Source: an uncultured Aestuariivirga sp. (GTDB lineage Bacteria > Pseudomonadota > Alphaproteobacteria > Rhizobiales > Aestuariivirgaceae). From it: 64,000 nt of DNA. Shown piece after piece: positions 49,762 to 59,287 of this stretch. A program made the position numbers and the translations under genes. Location: NCBI GenBank assembly GCA_964408555.1, contig CAYOZR010000001.1, positions 1,416-65,415 on the forward strand. The letters run 5' to 3'. The notes beneath the pieces were generated by a model, which was not told the origin of the DNA, did not search any database, and worked only from the letters and a program-made list of their open reading frames with translations. Within the stretch, counting starts at the first letter, position 1, and the number at the start of each line of letters is the position of its first letter.

Positions 49762-50726
49762 TGGAAAATGATAAAATAACTGGGCGCGCTAAAGGCGGTT
49801 TGGCGAGAGCTGAATCCCTATCATCAGATGAGCGCCGACAAATTGCGAAAAAGGCTGCAATTGCACGTTGGGGCATACAGGCCACCCATAAGGGAAACTT
49901 CAAGAATGATTTCGGTTTTGACGTCGAGTGTTTTGTGCTCGACGACGAGAAGAAAACTGCGGTTATTAGCCAGCGCGGCATGGGCGAGGCACTTGGGCTC
50001 GGCCGCGGTGGTAGCCGACTCCCACGGTTCGTTAATGGTAAAATATTCTCCAAATACGTTGGGCCAGAACTCAGGGCAAAACTCGAAAAACCTATTGTTT
50101 TTCAAGGGCCGAGCGTGGGCCAAAACTCGCCGCCAGGGCAGGTCAATGGCTATGATGTTACTATTCTGATCGATCTCTGCAAGGCCGTAGCGAAGGCGGA
50201 ATCGGAAGGTAAATTACTATCAAGCCAAGCCAACATAGCTAAACAGGCTCACGTCATCCTAGCCGCGTCAGCTAAAGCCGGCATTCAAGGTTTGGTGTAC
50301 GCCCTCGCAGGGTATGATGCCACCAGGGATGAAGTTATTGCTGCATTCAAGTTTTTTGTACGTGAAGAAGCCAGAGATTATGAAAAGGAGTTTCCGAGCC
50401 AACTATACCGAGAATGGTACCGCCTATATAAATTGCCCAAACCTGAAAGAAATAGGCCGTGGAAATTCAAGCATCTGACAGTGAACCAAGTCTACCGGCC
50501 ATTAGCAAAAAGCAGTGGCAAAATTCTTCAGCTTACCCAAGCGCGGCGCATCACTAGCGCTGAGCGCCATAAAAGGCTGCACCAGTTCCTTTCAGAGATT
50601 GGGGTTAAGGCACTCCGGCAACATCTTGGACAATTACTCGGGATTGCTCAAATATCCAAGACTCAAGCAGAATACGAAAAACATGTCGAAACTATTTTCG
50701 GAGATCAGGCTCAATTTGACCTGTAA
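49761..50726 (+). CDS. P63C domain-containing protein (phage Mx8 p63-like)
   Basis: N-terminal GRAKGGLARAESLS.DERRQIAKKAAIARW, VECFVLD, AKAGIQGLV..AGY, EKEFP..LY, HQFLS..G..LRQHL. Confidence 0.8.
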   Translation: MENDKITGRAKGGLARAESLSSDERRQIAKKAAIARWGIQATHKGNFKNDFGFDVECFVLDDEKKTAVISQRGMGEALGLGRGGSRLPRFVNGKIFSKYVGPELRAKLEKPIVFQGPSVGQNSPPGQVNGYDVTILIDLCKAVAKAESEGKLLSSQANIAKQAHVILAASAKAGIQGLVYALAGYDATRDEVIAAFKFFVREEARDYEKEFPSQLYREWYRLYKLPKPERNRPWKFKHLTVNQVYRPLAKSSGKILQLTQARRITSAERHKRLHQFLSEIGVKALRQHLGQLLGIAQISKTQAEYEKHVETIFGDQAQFDL

Positions 50727-50735
50727 AATTGAAGT

Positions 50736-50981
50736 CTATTTCTTCTTCTCCCATCTAGCCCGCGCCGCCCTTTTGGCTATTACTTTCTTTTGTGCGGCGG
50801 TAAGGTTCTCAGCACGAGCCTTTCCGCCCTTCAGGCCGCCCAAGCGCCCTCTAGCGACCGCGGCTTCATTTTTCTGAGAGCTTGTGTCGATGCTATCCAT
50901 CCTCTGCCCAGTGGCAATATCGATCATCATCTTGGCGAGCTGGGCAGGATCGCGCGGGCGCTTTGGGTGCTTAACGGTCAT
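50736..50981 (-). CDS. Small basic KGG-type protein
   Basis: PKRPRDPAQLAKMMIDIATG...GRLGGLKGGKARAENLT..IAKRAARARW. Confidence 0.75.
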   Translation of the reverse strand: MTVKHPKRPRDPAQLAKMMIDIATGQRMDSIDTSSQKNEAAVARGRLGGLKGGKARAENLTAAQKKVIAKRAARARWEKKK

Positions 50982-51202
50982 TTGGGGCCATACACTACAA
51001 CCCTGCACTTTGAGCAGATAATTTGGGTTTCGGTTGAGTGCCTTTTGCCTGGGATAACGGAAAATCCCGGCGGGCACGAATCAACCGATCTCCCAATATC
51101 CCCTCTTACCCAAGGGTGATCCTCTTCGGAAATCTCAGCCACCCCTTCAACGCCACACGTGGGGCATTTGACTTTTGATTTCCATCTATCGCGCGCAGCC
51201 AT
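50978..51202 (-). CDS. Small Cys-rich (zinc-ribbon-like) hypothetical protein
   Basis: CPTC...CSKC pairs; stop overlaps next ATG (ATGA). Confidence 0.55.
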   Translation of the reverse strand: MAARDRWKSKVKCPTCGVEGVAEISEEDHPWVRGDIGRSVDSCPPGFSVIPGKRHSTETQIICSKCRVVVYGPK

Positions 51203-51754
51203 GTGATGAATATGGCAGGAGTCCGAGACCATTTCCATGATAGTCAAGTGCAGCCAATTTCAGACTGACCCACTACCCTACTCCAGTGCCCCTGGCATTG
51301 CCTATTGACATGCCTTCTTAGTCCACAACTATGATCGCGGGGTGGGTGCTGGTCTTCGTAATCGGGGGCGTGCTGGTTGTCGGTCATAGGCATATCTCCA
51401 TGCTTTCTGACCGGCACATATCATAAAAAACATCGTTTTTTCATAGGTTTAGAAAAATAAAGTTGCACAATTAATTCGGCGAGGCTTGCAACGCCTTAGC
51501 CCCGATTCTCGAGGCGCAGAATTGGTGCCAATTGATAGCGCAAAGAAACGGTTTTAGGAACAAATCAAGGACGCAGTAACAGTCACGGAGAGCCGCGATC
51601 CGGCAACATTACGAGGGTGCCGTCGCCAGCCATTTGGGCGATCGAGCCAGCCTTCTCCCTACCTTATGAGGACGCGGGTTGCCGAGACTGAACCTATCCA
51701 GTGTTGTCGGATTCGACTGCCGGAAGCTCTTTTCTGCCGTAGTAGGAGACTGTG

Positions 51755-52951
51755 TCATTGGTAGCGCTCGCTGTGCTCTTGGCAGTGGGCGCGAACACGT
51801 GCAATCCAAGTATCATACCAAATCCACGTTCCCCTATAGTCGCCGGCGCATCCAAATCCCTTCGCAGGATTCTTTGCGTCAAGCTCCCTCCAAAGGTCCG
51901 TGTGTTGTTGCTGCTTGAATTTGGGGAACCCTTCGACCTGCATCATTTCAACGACCAGCTTGGGCGTGTACCTACGCTTAGCCACTTCCTTCAGCAGAAC
52001 CCGGTTGATTTCTTGGCCCTCATCGGAGTCTGCCTTGACGAACTCGATGGCCAAGTCGGCGCTAGATGCACGGTTCCCGACTTTGGGTACGAATGCCACG
52101 CGAAAGGCGAAGTGAGGATCCGCTTGCTCTTCTTCTGTAAGGCCGTTGTGGAACGCATCCATCATGGTTTCGATATGTTGAGGAAGTGTTCCCGCCTTCT
52201 TGAGAACGGCGCGCTGGTCCGAGCTGAAAGTCACAAACTGAAGCGCAATAGGAAGGCGTCTTTCAAGACCGTACTGGGGTCCGAACAGGTTCTTGATAGC
52301 GTCATTGAAGTTGATGCAGCACGCTTGGAGCTTGGCGCTGATTGCATCGTCGATCCGATTCGTTGATCGATGCTCAATTTCATGTCTGAGTTCAATCAGG
52401 AATTCGAGATTTGTGACGGCACCCTTGGGTATCGGGCACCTCGCATGCCTTATGCACTTTCCAAGCTCCCAATAACAATCTTCGCCCTGTTTGGTCTTTT
52501 TCGCAATACCATCGGCCTGGAGATACCGATAGTCGATACCCTCTCGGCGAAACCATGCGTGGAGGAGATAGGTCCAGCCGATGATGCTGGTCACTATGAA
52601 GAGCTCAGCCCTAAACGTAAGTCCCGCACTGTTGAAAATATGGACAGCTGCTATCATGGCCTCGCGGGCTTTGATGAGCAATTCGTCGCCACGGATGCTG
52701 AGGCCGGTCTGGGGATCAATGTCCGGCCAGGTGGCGCGGAAGTCGTCAAGCTGCTCTTGCGATGCTGCTTTCAACAATTTGTGTTTCGCTTCGGTCCGAA
52801 TCTCGCTGATCGCCCGGTGATTGACGGAGCGGGTTGGCCGAGTGAAGTAGGCAAGTATGTCTTGATCATTATATCCGCCCCGAGCAAGCATTGCCTTCAC
52901 GAGGGCGATTTCCCATCGCTCGAGGTTGTTTCCCCTCCTTCTCTTTGGCAT
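51755..52951 (-). CDS. DUF3644 domain protein with HEPN-like RxxxxH motif
   Basis: KAREAMIAAVHIFN, GWTYLLHA, LRHEIEH, QACCINF; GGAGG SD. Confidence 0.78.
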   Translation of the reverse strand: MPKRRRGNNLERWEIALVKAMLARGGYNDQDILAYFTRPTRSVNHRAISEIRTEAKHKLLKAASQEQLDDFRATWPDIDPQTGLSIRGDELLIKAREAMIAAVHIFNSAGLTFRAELFIVTSIIGWTYLLHAWFRREGIDYRYLQADGIAKKTKQGEDCYWELGKCIRHARCPIPKGAVTNLEFLIELRHEIEHRSTNRIDDAISAKLQACCINFNDAIKNLFGPQYGLERRLPIALQFVTFSSDQRAVLKKAGTLPQHIETMMDAFHNGLTEEEQADPHFAFRVAFVPKVGNRASSADLAIEFVKADSDEGQEINRVLLKEVAKRRYTPKLVVEMMQVEGFPKFKQQQHTDLWRELDAKNPAKGFGCAGDYRGTWIWYDTWIARVRAHCQEHSERYQ

Positions 52952-53043
52952 TTGATCAACCCTCCAAGGGTCTTGCCGTTATCGATGTCCGGCACCGCGA
53001 TAGGCTGCGAAGGTTCTGCGAAACGGGGTGACACCCCCAAACA

Positions 53044-53973
53044 TCATCCAAGAAATCTCTCGCCATTGTGCCATTGAAGAGCATTGGGGTCGGGCCGAAG
53101 GTTAGGTTTTTCGGGGATCGCGAGCTTCGAGCCGTGCAAAGAATAGTAGTGTCGTCCATTGTCGAATTCTTCGCGTATTCGGCGGCTGACCTCGAACCGG
53201 TAATCGGGCGTCACGGTCACATAGCCCGCGTCGAAGAGGCTATGGAGGTCGCGGCGCATGAGGATGCCATTGGCCGGGGAATGCTCGCCACCATCAGCGT
53301 AAGGGCGAATGTGGGCGGCCTCTAGGGCCGGAAGGGTCTTTTCACCGGTGACGGCGCATTTGCGGCTGTAAAGATCGGTCACGATCATCCTGAATGCCCC
53401 CTGGCCCAAGCGGGGCTTGATCAAGGTTGGCTTTCCATAACGATCAGGAGCCTCTGAGAAGCCGGGAATTACCGAAACCTCTTGGGTCGCGTTCTGGACT
53501 GCGTCCCACAGGGCTAGCCCTTCGGCATCGTCAGTCGAGTAGCCGCGCAGGGAGACGATGTTGGGCGACCATGAAGCCGGTGGGGCGATCCATCGATCCT
53601 CGGGGAGGAAGAAAGGCTGAGTGAGAATACGGCAGCCGATCTCAATGGGACCGCGGCTGTCGGCATCAAGCCGCCGATAGCGCAAGATACGGGTTCGCAT
53701 CTCGGCAAGGTTGATCACCCCATTGGCCTCGCCGAAGGCCTCCCATGCGAGGCCTAGGGGCATCACAGTTGACGAGGCGAAGATGCCACCCCCGACAATC
53801 ATGTTTACCGGAGCATGGAGCTTGAACAGGAACAGTTCACCTGGCTGGAGGGCACGAAAGGACTTGGGCGAGGGCGACCAGAAGTTTACTTCCGCAATAT
53901 TCGGCTGCCGGCGGAGGTGCTCGAACCAATCCCTATCGGTGACAGCTACAACGAGGCGGACAGCGGTATCCAC
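53044..53973 (-). CDS. HNH endonuclease with N-terminal PUA/EVE-like domain (putative type IV restriction)
   Basis: VTDRDWF..EVNFW..GELFLFK N-domain; RLGQGAFR, CAVTG, LEAAHI, NGILMRRDLHSLFD. Confidence 0.85.
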   Translation of the reverse strand: MDTAVRLVVAVTDRDWFEHLRRQPNIAEVNFWSPSPKSFRALQPGELFLFKLHAPVNMIVGGGIFASSTVMPLGLAWEAFGEANGVINLAEMRTRILRYRRLDADSRGPIEIGCRILTQPFFLPEDRWIAPPASWSPNIVSLRGYSTDDAEGLALWDAVQNATQEVSVIPGFSEAPDRYGKPTLIKPRLGQGAFRMIVTDLYSRKCAVTGEKTLPALEAAHIRPYADGGEHSPANGILMRRDLHSLFDAGYVTVTPDYRFEVSRRIREEFDNGRHYYSLHGSKLAIPEKPNLRPDPNALQWHNGERFLG

Positions 53974-54242
53974 GGTTTCCTCTTACGGCCATGCGGTGAG
54001 AGAACTTCAATCTTCTCAGTCTTGGTGTGGCCAATCAACCCCATTGGGATTTCGAGGATGTTCATTGGCCTTTCCTTGTGCGAGGTGAACAGACGGACAC
54101 AGTAGCTTGCCGTGATTTGATTTCTTGACCTCATGTCATAGGCTAGGGGCGATTCAATGATTCGGAAGACACCTCCAGGGCACCGAAGTGCTCACGCCCA
54201 CACGCGATTTGCGCTTCTCGTCAGGGCGAAGTTTCGTAACTG

Positions 54243-56570
54243 TCATTGCTGCACCTTGCTGCTCTCGTAGAGATACTTCTGAAACTCGACAAACGTATCT
54301 CTGATCACTGGAACGCCGCCCAGCTTTTCAGCTGCATCGCTGACGGTGTGATATTTCAACTCCAGCAGGCTCGCCAGTTTTTCCTGATCAAGCTCTTGCA
54401 CGCCCTGCTTCACGTATTGCGAAAGAACGAAATCCAGAAACGCCTGAAGCTTTACGTCATAGCGGGAGAGAATATCGCCCCTGCGGGCCTCCACTCGTTC
54501 CTCCCGCGTGATCGGCGGAAAGGCGAAGGCGATATAGGCCAGTACGTCGAAGAGGTCGCACTTCTCCGCATTGATCATGGCGCCGATTTCGGAGAGGTGC
54601 TCCAGCCCATAGCCCTTCTCGGCAAGCTGCTCCAGCAGCGCCCGACGCGTGTCGGGCCTGCTCCAGATGCGCCGCAATTCGTCTTCGTCCTTGAAGAACT
54701 GCGGCAACTCACCGAAGAGACGCTCCACGAATTGTGCAGCCGAGATCGGTTTGCCATCGGCGCTCCAGAAGGTTGTCGCCATCATGTGCTGGATGGTGCG
54801 CTCTTTCCCGTCAGCCAGCTTGATCTTGATCTTCTGCGGCCTCTCTCCCGGCTCCTTGGGAGGGTTGGGTTCATCGGTCTCGTCTGATTCATCGCCCTTT
54901 GGCGGTCGCGGCTTTACGGGTTCCGGTGCCACCGACTCGCCATCCCATTCCGGATCGCTGAAATGCTCATAGGCCTTCACGAAATCGTAGATGGTGAAAT
55001 AGTCCTTGCCGTCGAACAGGCGCGTGCCGCGCCCGATGATCTGCTTGAACTCGATCATGGAATTGATCGGGCGCATCAGAACGATATTCCGGATGTTGCG
55101 GGCATCCACGCCGGTCGAAAGCTTCTGCGACGTGGTGAGGATGGTGGGGATCGTCTTGTCGTTGTCCTGAAACGCCTTGAGGTGCTGGTCGCCGATCGCC
55201 CCGTCATCGGCGGTCACGCGGGCGCAATAGTTAGGGTCCTTGCTTTTCTTGATCTGGTTGACCAGATCGCGCACGGCGAGCGCATGATCCTGTGTTGCGC
55301 AGAACACAATCGTCTTCTGGTTCTGGTCGATCTCGCCCATGAAGAGCTTGACCCGGTGCCTTTCGCGCTCCGTGATTTCAATGATGCGATTGAACTCCGC
55401 TTCCGTGTAGCGCCTGCCGCGATCCACCTGGCCTTCGATAATCTGATCGTCGGGCGTATAGACATAATCGTCCAGCGTGGTGGCGATCTGCTTCACCTTG
55501 AAGGGTGTCAGATAGCCGTCGTTGATGCCCTCTTTCAGCGAATAGACGTAAACCGGGTCGCCGAAATAGGCATAGGTATCGATGTTGTCAGCGCGCTTTG
55601 GCGTGGCGGTGAGGCCAAGCTGAACGGCGGGCGCGAAATGGGTGAGGATATCGCGCCAGGTGCTTTCGTCATTCGCCCCACCCCGATGGCATTCATCGAT
55701 GATGATGAAGTCGAAGAAATCCGGCGGATAGCCGCCGAAGTTCGGCGCGGGATTCCCGTGGCTGTCCTTGCCGCTCATGAAGGTCTGGAAGATGGTGAAA
55801 AACACGCTGGCGTTCTTCGGTACCCGGCCTTTCCTGCGGATTTCATCGGGCGCGATGCGGACCAGCGCATCTTCGGCAAACATTGAGAAAGCGTTGTAGG
55901 CCTGGTTAGCGAGAATGTTGCGGTCGGCAAGGAACAGGATACGGGGCCGTCGGGTCGGCTCACGGCTGAGATTCCAGCGGCTCTGGAACAGTTTCCAGGC
56001 AATCTCAGCCGCAATGGAAGTCTTGCCTGTTCCGGTCGCCAGGGTCAGAAGAATTCGCTGGTTTCCTGCTGCGATGGCTTCCAAAGCGTTGTTGATGGCG
56101 TTGTATTTGTAATACCGGAGGTCCCATTGGCCGCCGTTATTGTCGAACGGAACCGCCGCAAAGCGGTCGCGCCAGAGGTTCGGCTTGGCGAAGGTGAGAG
56201 TCCAAAGTTCTTCCGGTGATGGATAGGCGCTGATATATCCTTCCGCGCCGGTTTCCATGTCGGCCTGGTAAATGCGGCGGCCATTGGTGGAATAGGCAAA
56301 GCGGGTCTGCAGCATGGCCGCATATTGCTTGGCCTGGCCCAAACCTGCCGTATCTTTCGCATCGCGCTTCTTGGCTTCGATGACGGCGAGCTTGTGATTG
56401 CGATAGACGAGCACATAGTCGGCAATCTCGGCCTTCGCGCGTCTGCCGGCGCCCTCCAGCCGCCCCAGCGTGATCTGCTCGCGAGGAACCCGGCTTCCCT
56501 CCACCACGCCCCAGCCAGCCACCTTAAGGGCGGGGTCGATCATTTCTGCGCGAGTCTCGGCTTCGTTCAT
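54243..56570 (-). CDS. hsdR: Type I restriction enzyme R subunit (EcoAI-like)
   Basis: NEAETR, ADY..IEAK nuclease, ATGTGKT, DECHRG, TATP, QIIGRGTR. Confidence 0.95.
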   Translation of the reverse strand: MNEAETRAEMIDPALKVAGWGVVEGSRVPREQITLGRLEGAGRRAKAEIADYVLVYRNHKLAVIEAKKRDAKDTAGLGQAKQYAAMLQTRFAYSTNGRRIYQADMETGAEGYISAYPSPEELWTLTFAKPNLWRDRFAAVPFDNNGGQWDLRYYKYNAINNALEAIAAGNQRILLTLATGTGKTSIAAEIAWKLFQSRWNLSREPTRRPRILFLADRNILANQAYNAFSMFAEDALVRIAPDEIRRKGRVPKNASVFFTIFQTFMSGKDSHGNPAPNFGGYPPDFFDFIIIDECHRGGANDESTWRDILTHFAPAVQLGLTATPKRADNIDTYAYFGDPVYVYSLKEGINDGYLTPFKVKQIATTLDDYVYTPDDQIIEGQVDRGRRYTEAEFNRIIEITERERHRVKLFMGEIDQNQKTIVFCATQDHALAVRDLVNQIKKSKDPNYCARVTADDGAIGDQHLKAFQDNDKTIPTILTTSQKLSTGVDARNIRNIVLMRPINSMIEFKQIIGRGTRLFDGKDYFTIYDFVKAYEHFSDPEWDGESVAPEPVKPRPPKGDESDETDEPNPPKEPGERPQKIKIKLADGKERTIQHMMATTFWSADGKPISAAQFVERLFGELPQFFKDEDELRRIWSRPDTRRALLEQLAEKGYGLEHLSEIGAMINAEKCDLFDVLAYIAFAFPPITREERVEARRGDILSRYDVKLQAFLDFVLSQYVKQGVQELDQEKLASLLELKYHTVSDAAEKLGGVPVIRDTFVEFQKYLYESSKVQQ

Positions 56571-57733
56571 GCAACGGCTTCCATAGCAGTAGCGGAGGGT
56601 TGATTGGTCAACTCACCGTCGAAGGTTTTCTGCAGGATGGATTGCTTCAGATCGGCAACAGCGGCTAGTTTATGAGTTTGACGGTCAGCCAAGTCCTTCG
56701 ACGTGCGCGCAATAAGTTCTATCTTTGAAACCAAGTGTATCTGCTCGTTTAGTGGCGGAACTTTGAGCGAATAGAATGGAAATTCTTTAAGCGAAATCCG
56801 GTCTACGGTGGCGCCACGAATAGCCTTCATTTCGAGAAAGGCGCGAAAAGGTGGTGAGATATACTGATAAACGAAGAAACGCGGATCAATCTCACTTCGA
56901 TCGACGCGTATCAGACCCATTCTCCGGCCAAGACAACATTCCAACCCATTTGGAATGATAGCTGCTTGTCCTAAACGCGTCTCATAAGAGAATACTACAT
57001 CACCCTCTTGTGGTATTACCCGACGGGTCCACTTCTTGAAATCCTCCGCAGTTACGTGCCTTGTCTCGTTCAAATTGACAACACCATCCTGAAGAGCGCT
57101 TATGCCAAGAAATATTGGCCCTGCCTCCACTGTCTTGGGAGTTGCATGGGGGCCATCGAAAACCTGAGAGATATCACCAATTGGTTTATCAACCCACCTT
57201 TCGCCCTTGTGGGTGAAGACAGAATTCAGATAGCTGTCGAAAAGCTCGCGGGCGTTCTTGAGGTTCTTTTCGGCATTGGCAACGGCAACGGCCAGCCCCT
57301 CAAACGCCTCATCCAGAATGGCAACAATGCGCTGCTGTTCAGAGAGTGGCGGAAAGGCAACTCTGATGTCTTTCAACAATCTGTAATGCCGCGCATACCC
57401 TAGGGTGGGTAGCGGATGCGCCATGAGACAATAGTAAAAGTATTTCGGAATCAGAAAATCTCTGGGCACCAGAACTTTAACACCGTCAGCACCCAACACA
57501 AAATCGAAATCGACATATTTTAGGACCTGAGTGTGATCGCCAAAAATCACCACTGGCCTCCTGACCCTAAACAGGATAGTCGGATCGTCCCAGTAGCCAT
57601 TGATAAACTCGGATTCCTGCGAAATAACTGGAAACACGCCCTCCTGCAGAAAGTCCTTTCGCTGCACTTTTCGCGGATAGGTTACGTTCTCTATGCAGTC
57701 TTCTAGGGGTTTTTCGACCCATACTGCATTCAT
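56567..57733 (-). CDS. hsdS: Type I RM specificity subunit
   Basis: Two TRDs each followed by PPL.EQ..IV conserved helices; lower GC than hsdM/R. Confidence 0.93.
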   Translation of the reverse strand: MNAVWVEKPLEDCIENVTYPRKVQRKDFLQEGVFPVISQESEFINGYWDDPTILFRVRRPVVIFGDHTQVLKYVDFDFVLGADGVKVLVPRDFLIPKYFYYCLMAHPLPTLGYARHYRLLKDIRVAFPPLSEQQRIVAILDEAFEGLAVAVANAEKNLKNARELFDSYLNSVFTHKGERWVDKPIGDISQVFDGPHATPKTVEAGPIFLGISALQDGVVNLNETRHVTAEDFKKWTRRVIPQEGDVVFSYETRLGQAAIIPNGLECCLGRRMGLIRVDRSEIDPRFFVYQYISPPFRAFLEMKAIRGATVDRISLKEFPFYSLKVPPLNEQIHLVSKIELIARTSKDLADRQTHKLAAVADLKQSILQKTFDGELTNQPSATAMEAVA

Positions 57734-59184
57734 AACAACCCCCGAACGCTCTGGAGGATTTCTGCGCTCTCTGCATCAAGCGCCGCGATCTCGTCCATGA
57801 TTTCAAGAGGATCGCGCAAGGCTGCTTCTTCTGCCTTGTTCGGGTTCTTCACCGAGAGATCATAAGTGGTCTCGTCCAGCCCTGAGGCATCCACGCTCCA
57901 AGAGTTCGCACTATCGGCGAAGCTCGCTTGCAGCCTGACGAACTCCTCCAGGTCCGCATCATTAAGTGAATTGGTCTTGCCGAGATTGCGGCCCGGATCG
58001 AACTTGTAGAACCAGATTTTCCGGGTGGGTGCGCCCTTGTCGAAGAACAGAACCACGGTCTTGACGCCCGCCCCTTGAAACGTGCCGCCGGGCATGTCCA
58101 GAACCGTGTGCAGATTGCAGCTGGTCAGCAACTCCCGCCTCAGGCTCACGCTGGCATTATCGCTGTTCGACAGAAAAGTATTCTTGATAACGATGGCGGC
58201 GCGGCCACTGGCCTTCAAGCTCTTGATGAAATGCTGGAGGAAGAGGAAGGCGGTTTCGCCGGTGCGGATCGGAAAGTTCTGCTGCACCTCCGGGCGTTCC
58301 TTGCCGCCGAAGGGCGGATTGGCAAATATTACCTCGAAGCGCTCCTTCTCCTGAATGTCGCTGATGTTTTCGGCCAGCGTGTTGGTATGCACGATATTGG
58401 GCGCATCGATGCCGTGCAGGATCATGTTCATGATGGCGATGACATAGGCGAGGCTCTTCTTCTCCTTGCCGTAGAAGCTGCGCTCCTGCAGCGTCTTGAG
58501 GTCGCTGGTCGAGAGATTCGGCTTCTGCCTGAGATAGTCGAAGGACTCGCACAGGAAGCCCGCAGAGCCCGCCGCGCCATCGTAGATGCGCTCGCCGATC
58601 TTCGGCTTCACCACCTTGATCATGGCGCGGATGAGCGGGCGCGGCGTGTAATATTCGCCGCCATTGCGGCCCGCATTGCCCATCCGCTTGATCTTGTCTT
58701 CATAGAGCTGGGAAAGCTCGTGCTTCTCCGCCTGGCTGCGGAAGCGCAACCGGTCGATAAGCTCCAGCGCATCGCGCAGGCTATAGCCGCTCTGGAAGCG
58801 GTTCTTGATCTCGCCGAATATCTCGCCGATCTTGTATTCGATGGTGTCCGGCCCTTCGGCGCGGCCCTTGAAGCCCTGCAGATAGGGGAAGAGCTTGCGG
58901 TTCACATAGTCGATCAGGTCGTCACCGGTCAGCGCCTTGTCATGATCGAAGGAGCCATCGGGCTTCTTAGGCGCGGCCCACCGGGACCAGCGATGCGCGT
59001 CATCGATGATGAAGGCATAGGGCTTGCCGACCAATTCCTCCTCCAGTGCCCGCTCCTGCTCCAGATCGTCCAGATATTTGAGGAACAGAATCCACGAGGT
59101 CTGCTCCGTGTAATCCAGCTCCGTGGTGCAACCGGCCTCTTTCCAGAGAACGTCATCGATGTTTTTGAAGGTCTGTTCGAACAT
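57730..59184 (-). CDS. hsdM: Type I RM N6-adenine methyltransferase
   Basis: GEYYTPR, YDGAAGSAGFL, ANPPF. Confidence 0.95.
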   Translation of the reverse strand: MFEQTFKNIDDVLWKEAGCTTELDYTEQTSWILFLKYLDDLEQERALEEELVGKPYAFIIDDAHRWSRWAAPKKPDGSFDHDKALTGDDLIDYVNRKLFPYLQGFKGRAEGPDTIEYKIGEIFGEIKNRFQSGYSLRDALELIDRLRFRSQAEKHELSQLYEDKIKRMGNAGRNGGEYYTPRPLIRAMIKVVKPKIGERIYDGAAGSAGFLCESFDYLRQKPNLSTSDLKTLQERSFYGKEKKSLAYVIAIMNMILHGIDAPNIVHTNTLAENISDIQEKERFEVIFANPPFGGKERPEVQQNFPIRTGETAFLFLQHFIKSLKASGRAAIVIKNTFLSNSDNASVSLRRELLTSCNLHTVLDMPGGTFQGAGVKTVVLFFDKGAPTRKIWFYKFDPGRNLGKTNSLNDADLEEFVRLQASFADSANSWSVDASGLDETTYDLSVKNPNKAEEAALRDPLEIMDEIAALDAESAEILQSVRGLL

Positions 59185-59287
59185 GAGGAAGGTGACGCTT
59201 TCTTGATTGGCAGGACCGCGACGGATGGCGGTGACTCACGATAGGCTACCCTAGGTAAAGAAAAAACACCTTGTTTCGACAGTCCCG

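Larger units (their letters stand above)
47913..51277. mobile_element. IS1-family-like cargo transposon (tIS) with four passenger ORFs
   Basis: Perfect 23-bp IR GGTAGTGGGTCAGTCTGAAATTG at 47913-47935 and 51255-51277; 8-bp TSD CTACTCCA at 47905-47912 and 51278-51285. Confidence 0.93.

Noticed and set aside
51558-51572. Second LexA box GAAC-N7-GGAC
   Set aside because: One mismatch and no clear downstream gene; could be chance
56567-57733. Phase-variable hsdS shufflon driven by the nearby recombinases
   Set aside because: Only one hsdS; no silent TRD cassettes or flanking inverted repeats seen
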